Positions 39,288 to 51,800 of a stretch of DNA of 64,000 nt are shown piece by piece. The first letter of the stretch is position 1; every line of letters starts with the position of its first letter. The translations under genes and the position numbers were made by a program. Under the pieces are notes generated by a model. The model was not told the DNA's origin. It worked only from the letters and a program-made list of their open reading frames with translations, and ran no database searches. Source of the DNA: Azolla caroliniana (taxonomy: Eukaryota; Plantae; Polypodiophyta); assembly GCA_043228905.1 (NCBI GenBank), contig JBHGNT010000001.1, forward strand, positions 18,228,001-18,292,000, read 5' to 3'.

Positions 39288-39686
39288 TGTAGAAAGTAAT
39301 GTGCGGAAGCAAGTATGAAGACAGAACAAAAGGAAGAACAATCAGGTTTAATGGAGAGCTTGAGCTTACGCAGTATACACGGGAGAGACAGAGAGAGTGA
39401 GAGAGAAAACACAAGAACTATATATTAAAGACTCTATTCACCACACTCTATACATATGTGTGTTACATGAACACTTTTATACAAGTCCTCAAAGGACTGA
39501 CCGAAGTACTGACCGTACTTCAATGCTCTTAAAGAGCTCCTACACTAACTCCCAAATATATTCCTCACGAAATATCTTTCCTAACGGCCTCCCGGTTTAC
39601 GCACTCGGCCTAACCGATCGGAACCAACCAATCCGGTCCTCGGCTTCATCAGCCGATCCGGCCGATGTTGAGCTTGTCTCTCAACA
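39288..39686 (-). mobile_element. Copia solo LTR with 5-bp TSD AAAAT
   Basis: TG..CA termini; AAAAT at 39283-39287 and 39687-39691; similar to LTRs at 41827 and 48836; absent from copy A at ~33055. Confidence 0.9.
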
Positions 39687-42600
39687 AAAATCATTAGGAA
39701 AGAACATTGAAAATTACTTAAATGATGTGTATAGACCTCAAGGACATTAGGAATCTGATCTTTATGGTCTACAACTTTTGCTTTGTTGTCGTGTTGTTTC
39801 CGTTGGAGCTTTCGGCATTGTTCTTTTATATGACCCTTCTTTTTGTAGAATACGCAAAAAGGATTTTTTCGTTTACAATCGCGATCCTTGAGTTCGTTGG
39901 GTGTCTTGCGTTTCCCAACCAACTGCGATTGCTTAGTCCTAGATGCATTGTTGGGTTTGTTATGGTCCTTCGAAGTGCGTTGATAGTGAAGAACTATTTC
40001 AACGACCTTTCGAAGGATTTTGGATCCTTATTGTGCACTATCCAGTGATAGTCCAAATTGGGGATGCCATTGACAAAACAAGCTATTAACAAATTATCCC
40101 CTTCTAGACCTGATTTTTGTATTTGGGTTCTAGCATGGTGGACATTGTCTTCTAGTGAGGAAAACTTCCTGCTAGAGAGGTTCATTAAAGCTTGTGCTAC
40201 CTCGGTTCAAGATGGAGGTTGCAGAAATTGGCCCTTAAAAACTGTGACAAAATCTGTCCAGGTTCGGGCACTTTCCCCAAAGTTCGGAGCCCACGCCACC
40301 AGGTAACGGCCTTACCTCCTAGTTCTGGTCTGACATATGCAATCTTCGTACTATCTGGCATAGGATAGAGCTCAAAATGAGACTCCCATTGGCCCAACTA
40401 CATGCAGAGATTGCTTCTTTGGTTATTTCCTTTCTTTCTCCCATAAATGGCTTTACGACAAATGATGGTTCACCCTGACGCTCATCGGGTCTATTAGTGT
40501 CACATTGTAAACTAATGACACGTGCCTCGAGAGAACTTTGAGATTGCTGAAGTTCGGACATCTGATGAGCGGTTGAACTAAGGAAATTTTGTATTTGTAA
40601 GAGATACGACTCAATGGAGATTGCTCCAGGAGGATTTCCTTGAGTTCCTTACGCTTGAGCGGATGACGTCGGGTCGTTATTGTCACCCATTGAATGATTA
40701 TTTTTGGCGAAGAAATAGGATAAGGTCAGGCATATAGTCATAACATCAAGTCGTGATGTAAACATATCATGGGCCAACATTAATCGATATCATGATCTCA
40801 AGTCAATACCCTGCTAGACGTATGAGATAAGGTTCAAGATCAGGTTATTATAGTAACACAAAGATGTTTTAAAAACCATGGGGGTCACAAATGAATGTCT
40901 TTCCCTGATCTCTATATCAATTTTTTTCATGGCGGCTCCTCGATTCTCAACCATGTATGTTCGTGTCATGAATAGTTTATACACGAAAAAAATGTTAACA
41001 ATAAAGTTAACTATGTTTCTGTGCCCGCGTATGTTCGCGTCATGAATAGTTTTTACACGAAAATCTTTTTAACAATAAACTATGTTTTTGTGCCCACATA
41101 TGTGGTTTCGGCTCTTTAATTCCTATTATGAGGACCCCGAACTGCATTTAGACCTAAAGTTTAAACGTGTATTATATTCATATGTATCAACAATGTTGTA
41201 TGGTCTTGGTCATATTTGAACTCGAGACCTCGAGAACAAATGCATTAAACACTTGAGCTAACCAAATAAGTTGCTCGTGTTGAACGTTCAATGTTTTATG
41301 CGTATAAGAGATATGCGAGGCATTTGCCCATATGTGTTTTTTTAAAAGAAACATATATGTCAAGAGTCCTTATTTCCCCCTCATTTACCACAAACTATGT
41401 TGGTACGTTACCTAACCTCAGGTCTCATAATTACAATGGCATACACCAAAGTGCAACCTAATGGTCAAGCCAAATGATCCCTCTTTTTGTAGTAGGACCA
41501 CGTGGCCCATCACATGGTTACGTCATTACGAATGCCTTTCGTAAGAATGATCTCATGGTGGCATCATATCCATGTAATGAGGGATGGATGTTGGATATGT
41601 GTGTCTTGGGAGTGAACTCACATGAAGTGGGTCAAGCCCTACGTTCTCACCATCATTGTGGCTATGATTGTTTCGTTACGTAAGGAAATCGAAGTGACCA
41701 ACGGGGACGTCAACAAAAAAGATTCTTTAAAAAAGGATGATGACACGCCATTCTCACAAAAATGTGAGGACGGACACCAATATCCTTTCCCCGAAAAGGA
41801 CAACATTCGATATAGAAATTACGTTATGTCGAGTGAGCAAGCTCAACCGGATCCGGATCGGCATCTAAGAGGATGAGCTGGATCAGTATCCGGAAACAAA
41901 CGGCTGGATCAGGGAGACGGATTCGAGTGCGAACCGGAAGCCTAGTAGTACTTCTATCAGTCCTTTTGAGGACTTGTATAAATAATGTTGTTTAGCACAT
42001 TGTATGTACAAAGTGTTTTTATTATTTTGAATCTACGTTTACGTTCTGCTCTCTCTGTCTCTCCCGCGTATGATCTCTGTGTATTAAGCTTCTCCATTAA
42101 ACCTTCATCTTATTCTCTGTTGCAATCCGGCTGAACCAATTCTGTCTAAATGCTTCCGCACGTGGTATCAAAGCTCGAGGGTTGAGAACCTTTGTAGCCG
42201 ACACTTGCTTTCGTAGACGAACCCTAGAACCCCGTAACAACAAATAGAGAGAAGATATGGACAAAGGAATGGCAAGTTCACTTCCAACAGAGAAGCTCGA
42301 CCGGAGCAACTACGCACGGTGGTCATACAAGATGCACCAATACTTGTTGGGGCATGGATATTGGAGCTTCGTGGAACAAACGAACGAGGTAGCGCTGGAG
42401 CCGGCACACGAGGACTTCCCGGTATAGGAGCAAGGAGTGAGCTGAGTATTGGACTTTCTCACGTCCTGTGTGCACGACCAAATGCTTAGCTACGTAAAGG
42501 ATGCCAAAACGCCAAAGGAGGCCTGGGGAAATCTGAGGATGATTTTCGCCGCGAGTACCACAACCCATAAGTTGCAGCTCCGGCAAGAGCTGAACAACAT

Positions 42601-43519
42601 CCGGCAAAGAGACATGTGGGTTACGGATTACACCACCAAGATAAAGGAGATTTGTGATGCACTCGGGTCCATCAACATGACAGTGGACGAAGACGAGGTG
42701 GTACAAATCTGCCTCGGTGGTCTAGTACAAATGTACGGGCCATCGACTTTCTTCGAGTTGCAATCGATGCTGATGATCAAAGAAAACCACATGACTGGGT
42801 CGAGGACCAGTCAATTGGACAACCGGATGATGTACACGGAGATAGATCAGCCCCATGGACATGATGGACGAGGTGGGTCGGCACGCAATGGAGGCGGCCG
42901 ACAAGAGCAAGATCGGAGGCATAGACATAGTGCCAATGGCAGTTCCGAACCTTCCACAAGCATGGAGATTCAAAGCAGCATCGGAAGCAGGCAAGGAAAA
43001 GCTGACACGGAATGTTGGTACTATGGCAAAAAGGGCCACAGGGAAAGCAAGTGCTAGAAGAAGCGTGCCGATTCAGACAAATCCGGATTCGGAAAAACCG
43101 GTCGGGAAAATCAGCAAAGCGTGCACTAAGCAGAAGGATCGGAAGGATCCGGAACTGAGAAGTCGTGATCAAAGACGTGGCGAACCCCATGAAGAAGACT
43201 ACTTCCAAATCGAAGGAAGTATGGTACGTCGAACCACATGACGAGCCACGAAGAGTGGTTCTCATTTCTAGAGAAACCGGATCAACCGGGAGTTGTTGAA
43301 ACCGGAGACACCACTCCTCACCTGATTTTGCATGTCAGAGAAGTCCCTTTGAGCCATGTCAGATAGAGGGGGAAGCTGATGATCGTATTACATGTTGCAA
43401 CAATCACAAAGAACTTGGTACCAGGGTATGCATGTGCGGTTTATGCACCTCGGGTGCTTCATCAAGGAAGAAGGCCGGATAACTGCGCAACGGCGCAGAG
43501 AACGGAGGGTGTTCATCCT

Positions 43520-46147
43520 TGTTACCGGCCGGCAAAGGAGTCCAGAGTGGGAAACGGAGAGCTAATTAAGTAGTAGGAATGTGGTTGTAATTAAGCTATG
43601 AGTGTGGACGGACGGACCGGAATCGGTATGCCGTTCCGGATCCAGACCGATCCCAAACAAGTGCGGATGGCACTGTTTTGTAATACAGACTGGAAACCTA
43701 TTTAAAGGGCCCGGATACAATGTAATAGTTAGCGGTTAATTAATGAAAGCTTAAGCGTTGTTATATCTCTGTCAATTGTTGTTCTGTCTTAATTGTATAT
43801 CTTACGCGTGTTATGAAGACGATCCTAATAAGTAACTTAACTAAGTCGGATTAAGCGTTGAAGTCTAATCCGGTTGCCGTAACACCCTTTGGTAAAGTGT
43901 CTCACGTAGACACCCTGTGTTAGGCCATTGTCCGGCCCGAAGAGTTAACACAGTTTTTGGCGACCACGACTCCTGTTTTTGCAGCGAACGACAGCACGGA
44001 TGGATGTCTAGATCAACGCACGACCTGGTTATAGATCGAACTCGACGCCTTGCTGAAAGGCAAAGGAGACGCGAGGCCTTCCAGCAAGCGGCGCAGGAAA
44101 TTAGAGCGGATCGCTCGTTTTCCAACGTAATCCGGAGAGTAGTGGAGGACTCCCACTGGTTACAACAAACATCGCACCCGGACGACGGCAGCAGCCTAAG
44201 CAGCCTCCGGGAAACCGAATCCCTTCTCCACGCGTTGGCAAACGGAGAAGGCGAAGCAGAGGCCTTTTCAGCATATGAATCGAACTCCGAAGGGGAATAC
44301 AGCGTGCACACGAACTACCGTAGCAACAACAAAACCCCGGGCGGACCGGAGGACGAACGATCGGATACCTTACCGACACCGGAACCGGAACCGGAAGTGC
44401 TAACGTTGGAACCCCCGGAACCAACAGAAGAAGAACGACCTCCGACACCGGAAGTCGAGGAGGAGAGGCCTCCGTCACCAGCGGAAGAGAAACAACCGAC
44501 ACCGGAATCAAATCGGGAAAGACCACCGACACCGGAGAAAATTCCGGAACGAGCACCAACACTACCAGCCCGCACACCGATACTGGATGACGACATGCCG
44601 TTCCAGTACTCCAAGTATAGAGATGAGCCGGACACAGAAGCTCATGTGCACGCATTTGAACAGACATGGGAAGCCAACCATGTGTCCCAGCGACTGACAC
44701 CGGAGGAAGAAGAACGCTCTAAGATAGCAGAGTTTGGCGTCACATTGGAGGGACCGGCAGCAAGATGGCGCCGGACGCTGGACCCGTCTACCATCAACAC
44801 CTTTGCAGATTTAAAAGCTAAATTCATGCATTTTTCTCAAAAGGAGGTGGACTAGACCGTAATGGTAGGCTTATTTTATACTATCGGCAAGAGGCAGGGG
44901 AGAGCATTCCCCAATTTGTCATCCGGTTTCAACGGATGCATAGTCAGCTTACCCGTGCACCCCCGGAGGAGGAATTACGGACGATATTCCTAAACGCACT
45001 CCGGGAACCCCTACGCACGGTTTGCACGGTAATCGATTTTCGTACAAGTACCATCGACCAGGTCATTGACCGGGTGAAAGAGATGGAAAAGACAAGCTCC
45101 TGGCTCACACTGGGCGCACTTCAACAGGCGTTACCGTCCGATGAAGACCTCCGGTTTCGGCAAGCAATACAGTGCACAACCTGCTTGAATTCCGGACACT
45201 CGGCTCTAGAATGCACTATGAGGATGCAATGTGTAATCTGTCAGTCCAAGAGCCATACGACGGATAGGTGCGAGTATAATTTGTTGACTAAGCAAGCACC
45301 GCCCGTCCGACAAATTGAGCCACGCAGTAGCCGCGACGAAGAAGACGAACGCTGGCGGCGAATGGACCGTGACCGACTGGCACAGGATGTCCGGTATGGC
45401 GAGCGACGGGAAAATGAGGTCGGGTATGGCGAGCGACGGGAAAATAATGTCCGGTACGGCGAGCGACGGGAAAATGATGTCCGGTACGGTGATCGGCGAG
45501 ATAACTATGACCGGCATGATCGGCACCAGGATTACAATAGACGATACGAACAGTACGACCGGGAGCACTCCCCCGGGTATCGTCAGCAACGGGAGGAATA
45601 CGGCGGATATAACGGGCAACCCCGTCAAGAGTACCGTAATAAGAAGAGCTTTAACAAAAAACGGCATTTTAAAAAAGGCAGCTACCCCCGGGACCCGGAA
45701 CAAGGCGCTCCAAGTAGCCAACCAGTACAAAACCCCGCGCGTACCGTAGGACCTGCCCCGGGTAAAACAGACAATGCCGAATCTAGCAATGCCCGGAAAG
45801 CCTACTGCTACTACTGCAGACAGGAAGGCCATTATAGTAACCAATGCCCGGTGAAGAGCTATGAAAAACGACCGGTGGTAAATATGGTAGTCCCTGAGGT
45901 GGCAGACCTGCAGCAGGTGACCACAAGATCGAAGGGCATGGCCAAAGAATGGGAGACACAGGAGACCATCCGCAAACAAGCAACGGAATGGGTAAAGAAA
46001 GCAAACGAGCAGAATGTCACAGACTTACAGCAGCAAAAGGAGAACACCGCAGGGCTTCCCGGCAGTAGTTACTCCGAGAACGAGACATGGCAGGCGTTGC
46101 AAGAATGCCAGATTACGTTACCACTAGGAAAACTCCTACAACTCGTG
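43520..46147 (+). mobile_element. Nested Tat-like Gypsy 5' part: LTR 43520-~43951, PBS-like TGGCGACCAC, nearly intact gag with three CCHC knuckles
   Basis: ORFs 43917-44855 and 44936-46210; CTTCLNSGHSALEC, CVICQSKSHTTDRC, CYYCRQEGHYSNQC; homologous to the gag fragments at 13.5, 20.8 and 22.3 kb. Confidence 0.88.
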
Positions 46148-46660
46148 CCGGATGGGAAACGGTATGAACCGGATGGGGAGTACCCGACTGCGGAGAGCCG
46201 GATGGTGTAGGCCCGGTATGAACCGGATGAGGAGTACCCGACTGCGGAGAGCCGGATGGGGAGTACCCGACTGCGGAGAGCCGGATGGAACCCATCGAGG
46301 CTACATTTGTAAATAGCCGAAAAGTCATATTAGTATAAATATGACTTAGGGCAAACTTCTTTTGTTGTTGTTCTTTTATTGTTGTTATTCTTCCTTGTTG
46401 GTAAAAGAAGAATACAGACTGCGTAACTGTACAGAGAGAGAGAGAGAGAGAGAGACGAGGTCGTTGCCTCTGTTGTAACCGCCGCCTGTGGCGAAGATCT
46501 GAGAGCACGAGGTCGTTGCCTCAGTGAACTCATTGTTGTATATTCCTACATAGTGACAGTTTGCAGCCTGTGGGCTGCCGTGGTTTTTTCCCTAGTTTGG
46601 GGTTTTCCACGTAAACCTCCTGTGTACCATTTCTCCCTTTTGTGTCGCGTTTCATTACCT
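46148..46660. mobile_element. LTR fragment related (inverted) to 27652-28347, with short tandem repeats
   Basis: AAATAGCCGAAAAGTCATATTAGTATAAATATGACTTAGGGCAAAC matches the reverse complement of ~28031-28076; repeated CCGGATGGGGAGTACCCGACTGCGGAGAG. Confidence 0.75.
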
Positions 46661-48835
46661 GTTTTTTGTGTATGAAAAGAATCTCGGTTGTGGTTGAGCG
46701 TCGGACATAAGGAACGTCGAGTTCTCAACAGAAGTCGACACCGACATAGAGTAATTGATGGATCGACAAGCGCTAGAGTCATAATAGGGAAGGAGCTGAA
46801 ATGGGCCTATTGAGTAGACAAGCCGACCAAGCAAGTCGAGGTGCGCAATACTGGACAGGTCATGGGAAGTGGAACCGGACCAAACGAGGAGCGCGAGCAA
46901 GGTGGAACAACGCCAGAAGGGGTCGGGTGCAAGGACCGGTTGCCACAGACAATAACACCACGATCCGATCTCAAGTTGAGCTTGAGGGGGAGTGTTGCGC
47001 GAGCAAGCTCAACCGGATCCGGATTGGATGAATAAGCTAGAGCCGGATCGGCATCTGAGAGGATGAGTTGGGTCGGTATCCGGAAACAACCGGCCGGATC
47101 AGGGAGACGGATCAGAGAGCTGGATTTGAGTGCGAACCGGAAGCCTAGTAGTAGCCTAGACTACTAGGTAATCATTGACTCGTAGTTAGTGTAAGTCGCT
47201 CATATGAGCATTGAAGTGCGTAGTACTTCTGTATAAATAATGTTGTTTAGCACATTGTATGTACAAAGTGTTTTTATTATTTTGAATCTACGTTTACGTT
47301 CTGCTCTCTCTATCTCTCCCGCATATAATCTCTTTGTATTAAGCTTCTCCATTAAACCTTCATCTTAATCTCTGTTGCTATCCGGCTGAGCTGGTTTTGT
47401 CTAAGCACTTCCGCACGTTAACATTCACACGTTATAACTAACATACACATATGTATATTTATCACATATACAATCAAATACGTATACACGTGACCACATA
47501 TGCGTATATTAAGAAAATTGCAACATCAAATAGCCAGAATATGATGAAATCGAGACATGTAATCGAGGCATAAAGCCTTAGCCTCTACGCACACGAAACA
47601 TCCAATAATAAGGGTTAATCATAATACGCATTTGAGGTATTGACCTCTTACGCACTAACGCATATCGTTTACATAGAAATCGATGTATTGACCTCATACG
47701 CATACGTAACATATGTCTATGAACATAATACGCAATTGAGGTATTAACCTCATACACATACAACACAAATCACAGATTAAATATCTCTCAAATGAGGTAT
47801 TGACCTCATACACATATGTAATGTTTTATACAACCACTTAATTACCATTACAACATCATTGAATCAATGAAAAAAACTTTCATATTGACCATATACATGA
47901 TTATATGGGAGAAGCAAAAATAGAAAAAAAAACAAGAAAGGGTTACCGAAGTTCCTTTGTTGATCGCTATCTCGAACAAGGTCGACCGCACATCGATCGA
48001 TCACCATCCATCTAGAAGACAAAAACAAACAAAGGAAACATTAAAAACATAAACTCTGATACCATATGATAAGGATAAAAGATAGATAGATAGAAAGGAG
48101 AGAGAGAAAGAAGGGTGTTGATCCAACCGACCACCCCCGAGCGAAGGGATCGAGACGGACTCGAGCCTCGATCAGCGTCCCATACCACTGCCATGGCGTC
48201 GAGTCGTACATGGTGCTAGCGCGCTCGCTACAAGAGTTTTCCCACCACAAAACAGAGTGTCGACGTAGTCAAGATATTGTGAAATGAGGTTAGCTTGGCC
48301 TCATATTTATAGTGATACCCAAGGCCCCCAGGCAAGTTCACACTTGGCCTAATGGGTTGTCTCAATCCCGAGGATTAAAAGTAATCCTCCCCTTTTTTAC
48401 ACTCTCGTTTAACCTTCACCCTTATCCACGTGTATAGAATACTATGGTAAATTCTCACCACGGGATATTATATGGGTGTAACACCACCCTTCTGCCTCTA
48501 CCACCACAAGTAAGACATGGACTGTTGTCATCTCCACAACCGACACAAAGGTCTCGTCATAATCGATTCTGTGTTGTTGCACGTAGCCTTTTGCCACCAG
48601 TTGAGCCTTGTGGCTGTGAACGGAACCGTCACCATTGTATTTGACTTTATACACCCACTGGCAACCGATCGACATCGCTCCATTCGGTACATCGACCAAG
48701 TCTCACGTCCCATTTTCCATGACCGCGTGCATCTCTTCCTTCATGGCCTTTGCCAGTTCAGATCCTTAACCGCTTCTGCGTAGATTTGCAGCTGACACAT
48801 GACTGCCACCTTCGCCATGTACGCATAATTATGCG

Positions 48836-51800
48836 TGTTGAGCGAGGAAGCTCAACTCGGGTCGATTGGCTGATGAAGCTGAGAACCGAATCGGTCGAAG
48901 ACCGATCAGGGAGACCCAAATTGGCCTTGTGGACCGAGAACTGAGAGTTGTGTAGTGAGGGACTCGAGGAGGCCATTAATAGATTATATTCCTAGTACAG
49001 TAAATAGGAATATTGTACGTAGAATTAGTGTTAGGCTCATTTATGAGAATTCAAGTACTAACGGTACTTGTGTAAGACCACTCATCAGGGCTTGTATAAA
49101 AAGTACTCACTCCGCACGAAGTATGTACAAAGCGTTATTCCTCTTAATATAATTTTGTGTCTGCTCTCTCTGTCTCTCTCTATCTCTCTCATTCTTTGAG
49201 TTCTCTGCATTTACCAAACTATTGGGTTTCCGAACATCACCTGTATACTCTATGTCTTTTACACATGCTTCCGCACATCATATTCTTTTACATGGTATCA
49301 GAGCAAGAGGGTTGAGACTCCTCTACAGCTGATAGAAAAGGAAGCAACCAAGATAGAGTCAAGTTTTCTCGTTTTTGGAAAAGATACGACGGAATTATGG
49401 ACAGAGGAACGGGAAGCTCACTTTCGCCTGAAAAGCTTGATAGGAGCAACTATGCATCTTGGTCGTTCAAGATGCACTAGTACTTGCTCGGCCATGGGTA
49501 TTGGAGTTATGTCGAAGGAGCTAATGATGCAGCACCTGAATCAACACATAGAGACTTCCCAACCTGGGAATAGGTGGCAAGCAGAGTTCTCTACTGTTTT
49601 GCGTCTTGTGTGAACAATCAGCTCTTGAGCTACATTCGGGATGCCAAGACGCCAAAGGACATGTGGGTGAATCTCAGAAGGATTTTCTTCACTAGCAGGA
49701 CGACCAGAAAGCTGCATCTCAGGTAGGAGCTAAGCAATGTCTAGTAGAATGATTTGTCTGTGGACGATTATACAGCCCGAATCAAGGAAATTTGTGACTC
49801 TCTCGCCTCCGTCAACGTGAACGTCGAGGACGATGAAATGGTGCAGGTTTGCTTTGGAGGGTTAGCATCTAAGTTCAGAGCATTCCAAATAGCGGTCTGC
49901 ACGAGGGAGAATATGTCGTCGTTTTTCAAGCTTCAATCGATGTTGCTCGTAGAAGAAAAATACGTCGGTGCATCGACGAGTACGCACACTAACAACAAAA
50001 TTTTGTATATGGAGGAAGAGAGGTCCTGTGGTCTTGGTGGACGAGGCGGGTCGGCAGGCAATGGAGGCGGCTAACAAGAGCAGAACTTTTGGCAAAATCG
50101 GAATGCCGACAATAGTCCTGGACACTCTGCGAATAGGGGGAGTTAAGGCGGTGCCGGGAGCCGTCAAGGGAAAGCCGCATTGGACTACTGGTACTGTCGC
50201 AAGAAGGGCCACACAGAGAGTGAGTGTTGGAAGAAACGAGCCGATTCAGACAAGGCTGGATCAAGCCGAGGAGACGTAGATAGGCGTCAAAGATTGCACT
50301 ACACAGAAGGCTCAGGGCGAGCTGGCATGGGCCCCACTTTTGTCATGAAGCACAAAGCCAACTTGATGCCGGTGAATACCTTGAGGTCAAATGATGTATG
50401 GTATGTGGATTCAGGAGCATAAAACCACATGACGAATCACCAGGAGTGGTTCTCGACTCAGGAAAAGTCGGAGCAATCGGGGGTCGTCGAAACTAGTGAT
50501 GACACCCCTCACCCCATTGAACACATTGGAGATATCCCTCTTAGCCATGTCAGCCAAAAGCGAATCATGAGAAATTTCTTGCATGTGCCGACAATCACCA
50601 AAAATCTGGTGTCGGTCGGACAAATAGTCGACCAAGGCATGCAAGCTCGATTTACTCATCTTGGGTGCTTCATGGAAGAGAAAGGCAAGGTAATCGCAAA
50701 AGGGTGCCAAGAAGGGAGGATGTTCATCCTCGAGACCAATGACGTAGGCACCGCTATGTTTGCGAAAGGGCAAAAGGTCGAATCGGATATCGACCTATGG
50801 CACAAACAGTTCAACCATGTCAACTTCCCACGGCTTCGAGAGATGTAGATGAAAAACATTGTTTTCAGCTTGCCGAAATTTAGTGGCTGAAAGGGCCAAG
50901 TCTGTGAAGCCTGCCAATCAGGGAAGTATCACCGACTTGCGTTCCCAAATGAAAGAAACATGCTCGATTTAATCCATTTGGATGTATGGGGACCGGCACA
51001 AAATGTGAGTCTCACTAGGAGCCAATCTTCTCGGCATACCTGGGCATGCATGATAGAGAAGAGAAGCGAAGTCTTCTCCTATTTCTTGAAGGTGAAGAGC
51101 CTTGCCGAACGGGAGACGGGCCTTAAAATCAAGTGTCTCAGGACTGATGGTGGAAAGGAGTACTTCTCCGACTAGTTCTCAAATTATCTGCAAATGGAAG
51201 GAATTCGGCGCGAATTCTCTTGCAGATACATGCCGCAGCAGAACGGTGTGGCTGAGTGGAAGAATCGGACGATCGATGAAGCGGTCAAGGAAATGCTCGA
51301 AGAGAAGCATGTGCCGAAATTTTATTCGGCCGAAGCCGTGAAGACGGTTGTTTACCTGTAGAATCAGACTTCTGCAAATGGAGAAGTGTCGCCACATGAG
51401 TCCTACTTCGGGAAGAAGCCGAACTTGGCACACTTAAGGGTTTTTGGCAACGTAGTGTATGTACACGTGCCAAAGGAGAAACAAAGGAAGTTAGACATGA
51501 AAGCCGAAAAGTGTATCTTGGTCAGCTACTCGGATGAGCAAAAAGGGTATAAATGTTACAACCCCCGAATGAAAGAAGCCCGACTCCGCCGAGATGTCGT
51601 GTTCGATGACTCAGCTTCGTGGTACCTGCCTTCACCACCTACCCCCATGCACTCCATTCCGAAGTCTAAAGGATCACGCCAGTGAGGCTGAAATGCCTCC
51701 GCGTAGTGATGAAATTGGAGCTCTGAGAGAGAGTCCGATCTCATTTCGACTAAGTGGGCCAAGGGAGGGGTTGAGCCGAAATGGTCAGCCGAGTGAAGAG

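Larger units (their letters stand above)
41827..47415 (+). mobile_element. Ty1/Copia element (5' LTR 41827-42160, Met PBS, gag-PR, PPT, 3' LTR 46993-47415), TSD CGTTA; INT/RT/RNase H replaced by nested Gypsy DNA
   Basis: TGGTATCAAAGC at 42163; LQLRQELNNIRQ; CWYYGKKGHRESKC; GAGGGGGAG before TGTTG; CGTTA at 41822-41826 and 47416-47420. Confidence 0.93.
38335..48476 (-). mobile_element. Gypsy chromovirus-like element copy B: 5' LTR 48476-48066, Met PBS, long 5'UTR, gag, PR, RT truncated; carries nested insertions
   Basis: CTCTGATACCA at 48054-48064 (TGGTATCAGAG on minus); gag 40690-39700; LFDSGSSPNF; [27 protein letters not shown]. Confidence 0.92.
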
